Source of the DNA: a virus
Lineage: Duplodnaviria; Caudoviricetes
Length of the DNA: 42,932 nucleotides
Virus record (IMG/VR): IMGVR_UViG_3300031949_000081
Location: 1-42,932 of that record
Reading direction: 5' to 3' (one strand)
The notes below the pieces were generated by a model. That model did not search any database. It saw nothing but the letters and a program-made list of their open reading frames with translations, and had not been told where the DNA came from. Of the stretch, positions 35,604-42,932 are shown one piece after another. Made by a program: the position numbers and the translations under genes. Every line of letters starts with the position of its first letter. Position 1 is the stretch's first letter.

Positions 35604-37466
35604 ATGGCACTACCTCGAATAGAAGGGGCATCAATAGAAGACGTCAGGGCGATGACGGCGGCGCTCGAGAAGTCCCTAGAGCCCGTGGTCAAGGAGATCA
35701 TCGACACTGTCTCCGCGCTTCGCGATGAAATAAAAGACGAGATGTCAATGAAGGACTTCGGCGTCAAGTCGATCGACTTCGCCATCGAGAGACTCAGCGA
35801 GGCCGTGCACGAACTCGGCAAGAAGACCGACGGAGAAGTAGAACCGGACAACGCTAGGATAGCGGAACTCGTCCGTGACTTCGCCACCAAGAACGCCGAC
35901 GAGCAGATGGCGATCCTCAAGGAGATCATGAAGAACTCGAACACCAACGCGGTGTTCGCCAAGAAGATGACTGACGACGTGGCCAAGCAGATGGTCACCG
36001 CGTTGGACAAGCTCGTCGCCCTCACCGCCGTCTCCCTGGTCGAACAAAAGAGCACCGACACTGAGTTGATCAGAAACGAGAGGGACAGGATGCGCGCCGA
36101 GGCCAGGGGGCGCTCCGAGGGACGCACCCGTGGAGGCATCTCCACCAAGAAGGAGGATGACAGGACACTCCTCCAGAAATTGATCGACGGTCTCTTCGGT
36201 AACGACAAGAATTCATTCATGGCCCAGATCAGCAGGGGAATCGAGGCACTCGCACTCGGCATTGGCACCGTGGGAATACTGTCTCTCATCCCTAAGTCAG
36301 TCAGGGAGTTCATCGACGAGTACGTCACCGCCTTCGCCGAGGCGACACTCCTCCTCCAGAACAATCTTCTTAAGCCGCTCTTTAAGATATTAGAACACAT
36401 TCCCATCCTCGGGGCGATAGCCAAGAAGCTTCCGTTCCTGGCCGTGATCCTAGCGGCCTTCGACGTGCTGCCGAAGACTTTTGAGAAATTCAAGACGGAG
36501 GGCTGGGCCTCGGCGCTCGAGACTGCCATGCAGGGACTCTACAAGTTCTTCGTCACCGACATCTCCGTTATGGCCGGAAAACTGGTAGATAGTATGCTCG
36601 AAGGACTGTTCGGGCCTAAGATCAAGGAGGTGCTCAACTTCACCGGTTGGGCAGAGACGTTTGGCACGGCGGTCGACAACGTCATCACGGACTTCGTCGA
36701 GGTCGTAAAGAATCTCTGGAATGGAGACCACGCAAAAGCAGACGCGGCAGCACTCAATTTGTTCTGGGACGTCATCGACGGCATAGTCGCGTCGATCCGG
36801 TCACTCTTCAAGTTCGATCCTGAGATAGAATTTAGCGTCAGGGAGCTAGTCGAAGGAATGTGGGCTGATCTCGTAGTTAAGATAGACACCACGATCGAGA
36901 GAATAAAGACCTTCTTCACGTTCGATATCCCAGAAGGAGTCAAGGCGCTCAAGTTGAAGCTCACTGATCTCTTCGTTGACACCCCGATCAGACTCTATAA
37001 CGAGGCTCTGATAGGCCTAGCCGAGTGGGCGACGGAACTGAAGGCGTCAGTCATAGCGGCGGTTAAGAACATAGCGACCTCCTGGATGACTACCATCACC
37101 ACCGCGTTCCACGATGCGATAACCGTCGGGATAAACATCAAGGACGAGATAACCGCGTGGCTAGCCAGGCTCTGGAAGGGTGTATCCGACTGGATCTACG
37201 ACAACACGATCGGGATGCTGCCTGGGATGTCCGATTCCAAGGTCACTCCGGTTCCAGGTAAGACCGGTGCCGCCGAGCGCGAGAGGGATCTCGTGAAGAA
37301 GTCGATGAGCATCGCCAACGTTGGGAGAGGCAGGGGCAGCCCGTCGATCGTCAACGTACAGAAGAGCCAGTCGTCCCACGTGTCCAATTTCGCCACGATG
37401 AGGACAGATAGGGCGAGCAGGAGAGATCCTCTCGCCGGATCAATCGGAGGGGGCGGAGGATGGTGA
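35604..37466 (+). CDS. Probable tail tape measure protein (gp29-like)
   Basis: 620 aa, predicted all alpha-helical with periodic W/F residues; directly after gp26/gp51; length similar to T4 gp29. Confidence 0.7.
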   Translation: MALPRIEGASIEDVRAMTAALEKSLEPVVKEIIDTVSALRDEIKDEMSMKDFGVKSIDFAIERLSEAVHELGKKTDGEVEPDNARIAELVRDFATKNADEQMAILKEIMKNSNTNAVFAKKMTDDVAKQMVTALDKLVALTAVSLVEQKSTDTELIRNERDRMRAEARGRSEGRTRGGISTKKEDDRTLLQKLIDGLFGNDKNSFMAQISRGIEALALGIGTVGILSLIPKSVREFIDEYVTAFAEATLLLQNNLLKPLFKILEHIPILGAIAKKLPFLAVILAAFDVLPKTFEKFKTEGWASALETAMQGLYKFFVTDISVMAGKLVDSMLEGLFGPKIKEVLNFTGWAETFGTAVDNVITDFVEVVKNLWNGDHAKADAAALNLFWDVIDGIVASIRSLFKFDPEIEFSVRELVEGMWADLVVKIDTTIERIKTFFTFDIPEGVKALKLKLTDLFVDTPIRLYNEALIGLAEWATELKASVIAAVKNIATSWMTTITTAFHDAITVGINIKDEITAWLARLWKGVSDWIYDNTIGMLPGMSDSKVTPVPGKTGAAERERDLVKKSMSIANVGRGRGSPSIVNVQKSQSSHVSNFATMRTDRASRRDPLAGSIGGGGGW

Positions 37467-37700
37467 CTTCTTCTTGTCCATCCTCACGACCCTGTCGATG
37501 AACTTCTGGAAGTGTTGCCCGGTGCTCTTGTTCTGGGCGAGGTGCCATGCACCACACTTGCAGCGGTAGGCCTTTAGGAACTTACCCGGCTGCTTCTTGA
37601 TGTGCACCAGCGCCTCCTCGAACGAGGCGTGGCTAATTTTCCTCTTTCCCAGCGGACACCTTCTCGAAGTGATCCCAGAGCCCATCTGTACTCTCCGCAC
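37440..37700 (-). CDS. Small basic protein with a putative Zn finger
   Basis: CP.GK...A...AYRCKCGAWHL; start uncertain. Confidence 0.6.
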   Translation of the reverse strand: MRRVQMGSGITSRRCPLGKRKISHASFEEALVHIKKQPGKFLKAYRCKCGAWHLAQNKSTGQHFQKFIDRVVRMDKKKSPSSAPSD

Positions 37701-37878
37701 CCAGTGGTTTCCAATTTCCGCAGCCTCGTCCTAGCCACGGATTCCTCGGCTTAAGACACACGCACTTATTCCTAAGTGGGCACGCCCCCCACATATCGAG
37801 GAAGTAGTTCGGTGTCGGTTCCTCCTTTTCTACGTAGACGTAGCGATTCCCGTCAGTGTCGACGTATTCTCCTAACAA
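37633..37878 (-). CDS. Hypothetical Cys-rich protein
   Basis: CPL..KC.C.....WLGR.C.NW.P; part of an overlapping gene chain. Confidence 0.55.
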   Translation of the reverse strand: MLGEYVDTDGNRYVYVEKEEPTPNYFLDMWGACPLRNKCVCLKPRNPWLGRGCGNWKPLGAESTDGLWDHFEKVSAGKEEN

Positions 37879-38159
37879 AAGTCATACCTATCTCTGAATT
37901 TACGATAGACCTCTTCATACCAGAGCTCGTCGTCCGCGGCGTATTGTTCCTGGGTGTGGACGCCGAAAGCTGCGAATATGAGTCTCCCGAGCGGTTGATC
38001 AGGATAAGCATGGTCATCAAACTCGGCGTCTGCGCCGCGCCAGGGTTCACCTAGACGGTCGAGGACCAAGAGGGCTTCTTCTTTTGTAAAGTTTTCTTTG
38101 AGTATTAGGGCGACATCGGCCCCAGCTGACATTGCATTACCTACCGAATGGTTACCCAT
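37872..38159 (-). CDS. Hypothetical acidic protein
   Basis: AGGAG SD and ATG; tight operon packing. Confidence 0.7.
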   Translation of the reverse strand: MGNHSVGNAMSAGADVALILKENFTKEEALLVLDRLGEPWRGADAEFDDHAYPDQPLGRLIFAAFGVHTQEQYAADDELWYEEVYRKFRDRYDFC

Positions 38160-38172
38160 GATGAACTCCTTT

Positions 38173-38490
38173 CTAGAATGCTATCCACTCCTCACCGGTC
38201 TGCAGGTTCCTCCGACGACCCGTCTGGAGATGGCGGTGCCAGCCCTCAGGATCACCCGTCCCATCCCAATCCTCAAGTGCCTTGGTTGCACTCATCTGGT
38301 TTGGAAAACAGTACTTGTCTTCCCATCCGATCTCGCCGATGTCGACGTGCATGGTCCAGTGGAACATCAGCCGGTGCACCCCGCAGATGCGCCCGTCGGG
38401 GAGTACCTTCATGTAGGTGTACTCATCCCTAACATCCTTGGGAAGTTCGTCAAGAGCATCCGCCATCGATGGGTTCAACCTTCTTCTCAT
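38173..38490 (-). CDS. Hypothetical phage protein
   Basis: Trp-rich (YCF...A..AL..WDG.GDP.GWHRH..TGRRR); GAGG SD. Confidence 0.7.
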   Translation of the reverse strand: MRRRLNPSMADALDELPKDVRDEYTYMKVLPDGRICGVHRLMFHWTMHVDIGEIGWEDKYCFPNQMSATKALEDWDGTGDPEGWHRHLQTGRRRNLQTGEEWIAF

Positions 38491-38818
38491 ACTCGCGATC
38501 AGCCCGCTCGATCTCCTTCTCGGCGTCGAGTCGTATCTTGTCGAAGATCGAGATGTCTGTTTTGGTCACGGGTCTAAAGCACCTGGCGTCATAACCGACT
38601 TCTGACCCCCCAATCCCACAATTGCAGATGATGCCTTCGAATCGAAGTCCTACCGTTTCATTCCCGGCGGTGTCAGTTCCGAGATAGACGTCGCGGATCA
38701 CGTAGACGACGTCCTGGCTTATCGGTCTCCACAGATGAAGCATCTCAGGGGGCGTCGGCGGAACGTCGGGGTTGTAAAAGTTGACGACTTCCTGCCCAGG
38801 CTTATGCCACCATATCAT
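38450..38818 (-). CDS. Hypothetical phage protein (beta-rich)
   Basis: AAGGAGGT SD and ATG; VY.IR.V...GL.F..I...Y..RCFRPV.KTDISIF. Confidence 0.7.
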   Translation of the reverse strand: MIWWHKPGQEVVNFYNPDVPPTPPEMLHLWRPISQDVVYVIRDVYLGTDTAGNETVGLRFEGIICNCGIGGSEVGYDARCFRPVTKTDISIFDKIRLDAEKEIERADREYEKKVEPIDGGCS

Positions 38819-38828
38819 GGCGACCTCC

Positions 38829-39206
38829 TTATTTCTTGTCTTTGTTCTTGATGCCTTCCACCGCGCCCTTGGCCGCGGCGACGGTGGTGTCGACGACCTC
38901 CTCGGCGGCCTTGGTGACGGCCTCGGCGGCGGCGGCCGAGGTGTCCTTCACCTTGGTGATGATGTCCTGGTTCTCGTCGATCTTCTTGTCGACGTAGTCG
39001 CTCGCGGTCTCGACGGCCTCGGCGGCGGCGTCTAACCCGGCCTTGGCGGCATCGACGACCTTGTTGAATAGGTCCTTCATGGTGGTATCATCCTTCTCTT
39101 TTGGTCGAAGCCATCCGGTGCCTTCGCACCTCATGCAGGAAGCTCCGTCCCCGGCTCCGTTCCGGACGGTCCCTGTACCAAAACAGTCTGGGCACTCATC
39201 ATGCAT
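38829..39206 (-). CDS. CxxCxGxG Zn-finger joined to an Ala/Lys/Asp-rich amphipathic helical (LEA-like) region
   Basis: CPDCFGTG...CMRCEGTG then MKDLFNKVVDAAKAGLDAAAEAVE...; possible internal ATG at 39080 after AAGGA. Confidence 0.6.
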   Translation of the reverse strand: MHDECPDCFGTGTVRNGAGDGASCMRCEGTGWLRPKEKDDTTMKDLFNKVVDAAKAGLDAAAEAVETASDYVDKKIDENQDIITKVKDTSAAAAEAVTKAAEEVVDTTVAAAKGAVEGIKNKDKK

Positions 39207-39672
39207 CTTGGTCTTCCAGCATCTTGTCAGTCAACTTTAGCCTTACCATACTCAGGAGAACAAGTAAACCGACCCCGTACTTGTCGAACCAGCTTATCTT
39301 CTTGATGACCGGCGCGCCGGGCCGGGTTGCGGCGGCATACTCGAGGAGAACCATCTCGGAGTCGAGGAGTTTCTGGAGTTCAGGCCTGAATTCCTCATCT
39401 ACGTGGGAGATGTCCACCTCATATTCACTGGGTCCGTGTGGACCTCTCGGATTTTCGTTGGACCCGGCCTCAGCAATCAGTGTATGTCTCTCGTCGGCGC
39501 CTCGGCCAGGTGTGCCGTCTTCGTTGTAGTCCCTCGTGCTATAATAGTTGCTGCCGTTGTTGCATAGACCAACGTAGGCCCCGAACCCGGTGCACGGCCG
39601 CACCTTGGCGATGATTTGGCACGTGGTGTTAAACTTATTAGTGTAGATCTTGCCGACCTCAAGTCTTACCAT
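39199..39672 (-). CDS. Hypothetical protein
   Basis: 157-aa ORF in an overlapping chain on the minus strand. Confidence 0.6.
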   Translation of the reverse strand: MVRLEVGKIYTNKFNTTCQIIAKVRPCTGFGAYVGLCNNGSNYYSTRDYNEDGTPGRGADERHTLIAEAGSNENPRGPHGPSEYEVDISHVDEEFRPELQKLLDSEMVLLEYAAATRPGAPVIKKISWFDKYGVGLLVLLSMVRLKLTDKMLEDQDA

Positions 39673-39889
39673 AGGTGATCTTTCCAGTTATCTGGCAGAT
39701 GCGCAGGGCGCACATTCCGTCGATGTTGACCCAGACGACCTTGCCGTCATTTCGAATTAAGACCTCTACGTTGCCCGCCCCGGTGATGTCGAGTGCGTCG
39801 CCACTCCAGGGATACCGACCCGTGAAGCTCAGAGGGTCAGTGCCCGGGTTCTTGTTCACCTTAGGAAACACTATTTCTTTTTGCGACAT
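39659..39889 (-). CDS. Hypothetical protein
   Basis: 76 aa, DGKVVWVNIDG.C.LRI; overlapping chain. Confidence 0.65.
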   Translation of the reverse strand: MSQKEIVFPKVNKNPGTDPLSFTGRYPWSGDALDITGAGNVEVLIRNDGKVVWVNIDGMCALRICQITGKITYGKT

Positions 39890-40109
39890 CTTTTAGTACC
39901 TTCTTTATGTATTCAACACCGGCCCGATAGCTGCTCGCAGGTAATTCCTGACCTGACTCTGGAGTCGGAGCCATTGGTAACCTAGATTTGTCCCTAAAGT
40001 AAAGACTCCATACTCCTCGAGCATGGCAGCGAAGACCAGCCTTGCACCCCGCGCCTTCGAATTCATACCACTTATCAGTAAGTTTGGTTCGCCTAATCTT
40101 CTTTTTCAT
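39861..40109 (-). CDS. Hypothetical basic protein
   Basis: GGGAGG SD before ATG 40109 (MKKKIRR...). Confidence 0.6.
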   Translation of the reverse strand: MKKKIRRTKLTDKWYEFEGAGCKAGLRCHARGVWSLYFRDKSRLPMAPTPESGQELPASSYRAGVEYIKKVLKDVAKRNSVS

Positions 40110-40338
40110 CTCGGGCCTCCCAGTGAAAAGTGTCCTTGTCATCCGAATGAATATACTCGGCGCCTGGTGCGTTGCTTACGATCACGAAGTTGTAACCACA
40201 CCAGTTCCTCAGGGCTTGCCAGAAGCGCATATCGGGATACGCCTCGCAGTATGCGACGAAGCTCGCGAGCGTCTTTGAGTTTTTCGTGATTCGCTCTTGT
40301 TCGTTGCCTCTCGGCAAATATATTGGGGGTACTCTCAT
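40093..40338 (-). CDS. Hypothetical phage protein
   Basis: ATG 40338 via TGATG overlap; F..YC..YP..RFWQALRNW...DTF.WE. Confidence 0.7.
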   Translation of the reverse strand: MRVPPIYLPRGNEQERITKNSKTLASFVAYCEAYPDMRFWQALRNWCGYNFVIVSNAPGAEYIHSDDKDTFHWEARDEKED

Positions 40339-40781
40339 CAGTGAACCATCCCCATGAGTTTCGCACACTCCGGGCCGATGCCTGACTGGATGCTGACCGG
40401 GTCGGTGAGGTGCCGGCCGCAGCGGCCGCAGCGCCCTTCGTGCCAGATCTGGAGTCCAATCGGGATGGCGTTGCCCTGGGATACCCAGCGCCATACGAAC
40501 TCGAAGGCGATCCAGCTCACTGCCGTCACTGGGATCTTGGAGTTCTTCGTCTGAAGCAACTCTAGGTTCTTGTTGATCATCCCGGCGTAGGTGTAGCCGT
40601 GCTCGGCTGCCTCATCGGAGAATACCGACACAAAGTTGACGTTGCCATCCTTCGACCTGCGGACCTTGTAGGTGAATCGGTTTCCGGTCTTCTCGGATAC
40701 GATGGTGAAGCGCGCGCGGCCGGCAGTAATGAAGGCCTGGGCGGCTACCGCGTCGTTGAATAGGTGTCCAGTATTCTGCAT
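40338..40781 (-). CDS. DUF6011-like Zn-binding protein
   Basis: HEGRCGRCGR.LTDP.SI..GIGPECA; ATG 40781 after GAGGAGG. Confidence 0.85.
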   Translation of the reverse strand: MQNTGHLFNDAVAAQAFITAGRARFTIVSEKTGNRFTYKVRRSKDGNVNFVSVFSDEAAEHGYTYAGMINKNLELLQTKNSKIPVTAVSWIAFEFVWRWVSQGNAIPIGLQIWHEGRCGRCGRHLTDPVSIQSGIGPECAKLMGMVH

Positions 40782-40810
40782 GATGGGTCTCCTCCTCACT
40801 TGCAAGATAC

Positions 40811-40839
40811 AGTATAACACACCCGCGGCTTGGTGTCAA
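40811..40839 (-). promoter_or_regulatory. Sigma70-type early promoter TTGACA-N17-TATACT
   Basis: TTGACA CCAAGCCGCGGGTGTGT TATACT on the minus strand; heads the 37.4-40.8 kb small-gene cluster. Confidence 0.9.
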
Positions 40840-40846
40840 TAACCAC

Positions 40847-40872
40847 AAAAAGGGCCCCTTTTGAGGGCCCTT
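40847..40872 (-). terminator. Rho-independent terminator after gp32
   Basis: AAGGGCCCTC-AAAA-GGGGCCC followed by TTTTT on the minus strand. Confidence 0.85.
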
Positions 40873-40901
40873 CGATAGCACAGTCGAATCAGAAAGTCAA
40901 T

Positions 40902-41843
40902 CTATTTTCGATTGGCCATCCTCTTGAAGTAGGCCAGCTCGTCCTCCTCGGCGTCGTCAGCCTTAGGTGTCGATACCTCGACGTGTGTCGTGGTCTCCTT
41001 AGGCTTCTCGTCTTCGCTGGTGTCTCGGTTGTCTTCCGAACCCTCTTCCTCACGGACTACCCGTGGGGTGATCATCGCCGTGATGCCAAGCGCCTTGTTG
41101 AGTCGGCGCTTAAGCTCGTCGTAGGTCTTGAACTGCGACTTGTCGAGGAGAGGCAACAGCGGGTATTGCTTCCTCCAGACGGCCTCGAGCTTGGCATCAT
41201 CCCCGCCGTAGAGCGGCAGGGGTGCGTCGAACTCGGACTTGTCGTAGTTGGGGAACTTCTCTACTTCCCTGATCTTCAACTTGAAGTTCGCACCGGCCCA
41301 GAAGTCGAAGGGATTGAACTTCGGGTCGTCTGGGAACTGGGGATACATCTTGTCGTTTATCTTCTCGAAGATCTTCTTCCCGTACTTGTAGAGGAACACC
41401 TTACCATTGTTCTCAGGGTTGGCAGGATCCTCGATCACCAGCACGTTGCTGATGAAGGTGGTCTTCCGCTTCTGCTTGCGGGCCTGCTCCTTGAGATCCT
41501 CGACGCCGGCGTTCCACAGCGTGGAGTTGTATTCCCCGCACGGGTCGGAGTCTCCGATGGTAGTGAGTGAGTTCTCGATGTACCACCCGCCCTTGCCCTG
41601 GAAGGCATGGGAGTAGAGCCTCACGTAGAAGCAGTCCTCCACCCCGGTCGGTACGTCTGGGTTCGGCGCGGCCGGGAGGAACCTCAGGACGGCGTAGCCG
41701 TTGCCTGCCTTGTCCCTGGTCGGGCGCCAGAAGCGCTCGTCCTCCTGCCTACCTCCGGAAGTCTCTTCCTTGAGTTTGCTCTGCAGCTTTTCTGTGAGGG
41801 TTGCCGTGTTAGACTTAAACGCGGCGAAAGATGTCTTGTTCAT
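40902..41843 (-). CDS. gp32: Single-stranded DNA-binding protein gp32
   Basis: DERFWRP..DKAGNGYAVLRFLPA; HAFQG.GGWYIENSLTT.G..DP; PFDFW.GANFKLKIR; NYDKSEF; acidic tail; ATG 41843 after AGGAG. Confidence 0.96.
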   Translation of the reverse strand: MNKTSFAAFKSNTATLTEKLQSKLKEETSGGRQEDERFWRPTRDKAGNGYAVLRFLPAAPNPDVPTGVEDCFYVRLYSHAFQGKGGWYIENSLTTIGDSDPCGEYNSTLWNAGVEDLKEQARKQKRKTTFISNVLVIEDPANPENNGKVFLYKYGKKIFEKINDKMYPQFPDDPKFNPFDFWAGANFKLKIREVEKFPNYDKSEFDAPLPLYGGDDAKLEAVWRKQYPLLPLLDKSQFKTYDELKRRLNKALGITAMITPRVVREEEGSEDNRDTSEDEKPKETTTHVEVSTPKADDAEEDELAYFKRMANRK

Positions 41844-41921
41844 GTGATGAACTCCTGCTGTTGCGGGCATGACGACTCTGCGGTCTGCGCCCTGTTGCAC
41901 TGCCCATCCGGGTCAGCCAGC

Positions 41922-41929
41922 TATTTATC
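41922..41929 (-). promoter_or_regulatory. T4-type late promoter (GATAAATA) upstream of gp32
   Basis: ATAAATA core in the gp59-gp32 intergenic region. Confidence 0.6.
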
Positions 41930-41954
41930 AAGATCGCGCGGTGGTGATTTTCTT

Positions 41955-42554
41955 CTACTTGATGCGCGTACCATCTTCGTCGAACACCGACCTCATGGCC
42001 TTGGCCAGGGCCGCGGGTTCGATTTGACGGGAGATGAACTGCCCGTACTTCTTTACTTGCATCCTAGTGACTACGTACGTCGGGTCCTTAGATGCCGTCC
42101 ACAGCGTATTGAATGACATGACGCCGTCGATCGTGGCGATCGCCTCCATCGATATCTTCCCTGCCCGCATCGCCCTGATGGCAGGGACGCCACCTCGCTC
42201 GTCGAGCATGAAGTTGGAGGCGAACTGATCTAGTGGGAGTGCCCTGAGTTGCTCAGGCATGACGTAGGAGAACGAGTCGATGAATTTCTTCGCCGACTCG
42301 AAGTTTGCCTGTGCCTCGTCGGAGGATACGAGGTCTCCGATCCAGGCACCGGGGTTGCGCGATATGTTGGATGCCAGGAACATCAGGGGGTCGGGTTTCC
42401 TCGAGAGCTTCTCGAATCGATTCCTGTCCCGGCGCGTCTCGAAGGTCGCGACCTTTGCCGCGACCTTTCCTTGATACTTGAAGAAGTCATACGTCTCGCT
42501 GGTAAAGTGGGTCTTCACCGCGAGATAGGCCACGTATGCCTGGAACGGTGTCAC
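41955..42554 (-). CDS. gp59: Helicase loader gp59
   Basis: TPF.AY..YLA.K.HFT...YDFFKY.GK....TF..R.DR..FEKLSRK; W.GDL; adjacent to gp32; GTG 42554 after GGAGGG. Confidence 0.9.
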   Translation of the reverse strand: MTPFQAYVAYLAVKTHFTSETYDFFKYQGKVAAKVATFETRRDRNRFEKLSRKPDPLMFLASNISRNPGAWIGDLVSSDEAQANFESAKKFIDSFSYVMPEQLRALPLDQFASNFMLDERGGVPAIRAMRAGKISMEAIATIDGVMSFNTLWTASKDPTYVVTRMQVKKYGQFISRQIEPAALAKAMRSVFDEDGTRIK

Positions 42555-42745
42555 TCGGTAACCCTCCACGACTCTGGGTGCGGAATCAACATGTTGGCCC
42601 GCTCTAACTTGCAGAAGACGTATCCGTGAGGTACCAACGTGTGATCTCTCTCATAACGACACTGGCCAAAGCTAGGCATGGGGGTCTGCTGGCAAGGAGT
42701 CAGTATCCCACCACATATCGTCAGAACCCAGATGAATTCCTGCAT
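42551..42745 (-). CDS. Hypothetical small Cys-containing protein
   Basis: 64 aa; overlaps at both ends (TGATG, GTGA); WVL.IC....C.....F.QC...C. Confidence 0.6.
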   Translation of the reverse strand: MQEFIWVLTICGGILTPCQQTPMPSFGQCRYERDHTLVPHGYVFCKLERANMLIPHPESWRVTE

Positions 42746-42932
42746 CAGGGAGTAGCTGGGGCTTCCGACTCGATCGGTGCTTCAGGATCAACCGAGGGAT
42801 CATTGTCCTCAGGAGTCGGCGTCATCGTTTCCGAAGGAACTGTGATTTCCATCGTCTTGAGATCGAGGGGCGTACCTAGGAAACCCATCTGGTTCATGGC
42901 AAAAGCTGCTCCTGCCAAGATGAGTGCTATTA
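42745..42932 (-). CDS. Partial CDS (C-terminus): TM/signal segment plus Pro/Glu-rich tail
   Basis: ...IALILAGAAFAMNQMGFLGTPLDLKTMEITVPSETMTPTPEDNDPSVDPEAPIESEAPATP*; TGATG overlap with the next gene. Confidence 0.6.
   Translation of the reverse strand, partial: IALILAGAAFAMNQMGFLGTPLDLKTMEITVPSETMTPTPEDNDPSVDPEAPIESEAPATP

Noticed and set aside
1-42932. tRNA, rRNA, CRISPR array, integrase or transposase
   Set aside because: None recognised; the window is almost fully coding with only short intergenic gaps. A tRNAscan/Infernal run would confirm.

Overview
A 43-kb segment of a GC-rich T4-like (T4-superfamily) myovirus genome; the host is not determinable from the sequence alone. It carries the baseplate and tail module: fiber and adhesin-like genes, a VrlC/DUF4815-like protein, gp8, gp7, gp6, gp25, a multi-domain gp5, a gp27-like hub, gp53, gp48, gp4, gp2, gp54, gp26/gp51-like and a probable tape measure. 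A cluster of small early genes, gp32 (SSB) and gp59 (helicase loader) follow. Three AT-rich free-standing homing-endonuclease-type ORFs and two early-promoter-driven accessory islands interrupt the late genes. All family calls are from motif recognition by eye, not database searches. Most notable: (1) a canonical -1 ribosomal frameshift signal (U UUU UUC, 5-nt spacer, hairpin) joining gp26 to a gp51-like ORF missing from the ORF track, directly before the tape measure, like lambda G/GT; (2) two islands pairing DUF6745-like genes with 8-9 divergent mini winged-helix-like proteins; (3) strong N-X-S/T sequon enrichment in outer virion proteins, hinting at virion N-glycosylation; (4) two tandem adhesin-like genes sharing a 35-bp repeat over their start codons; (5) a gp5 plus neighbour carrying both intact and catalytically degenerate peptidoglycan-hydrolase domains.
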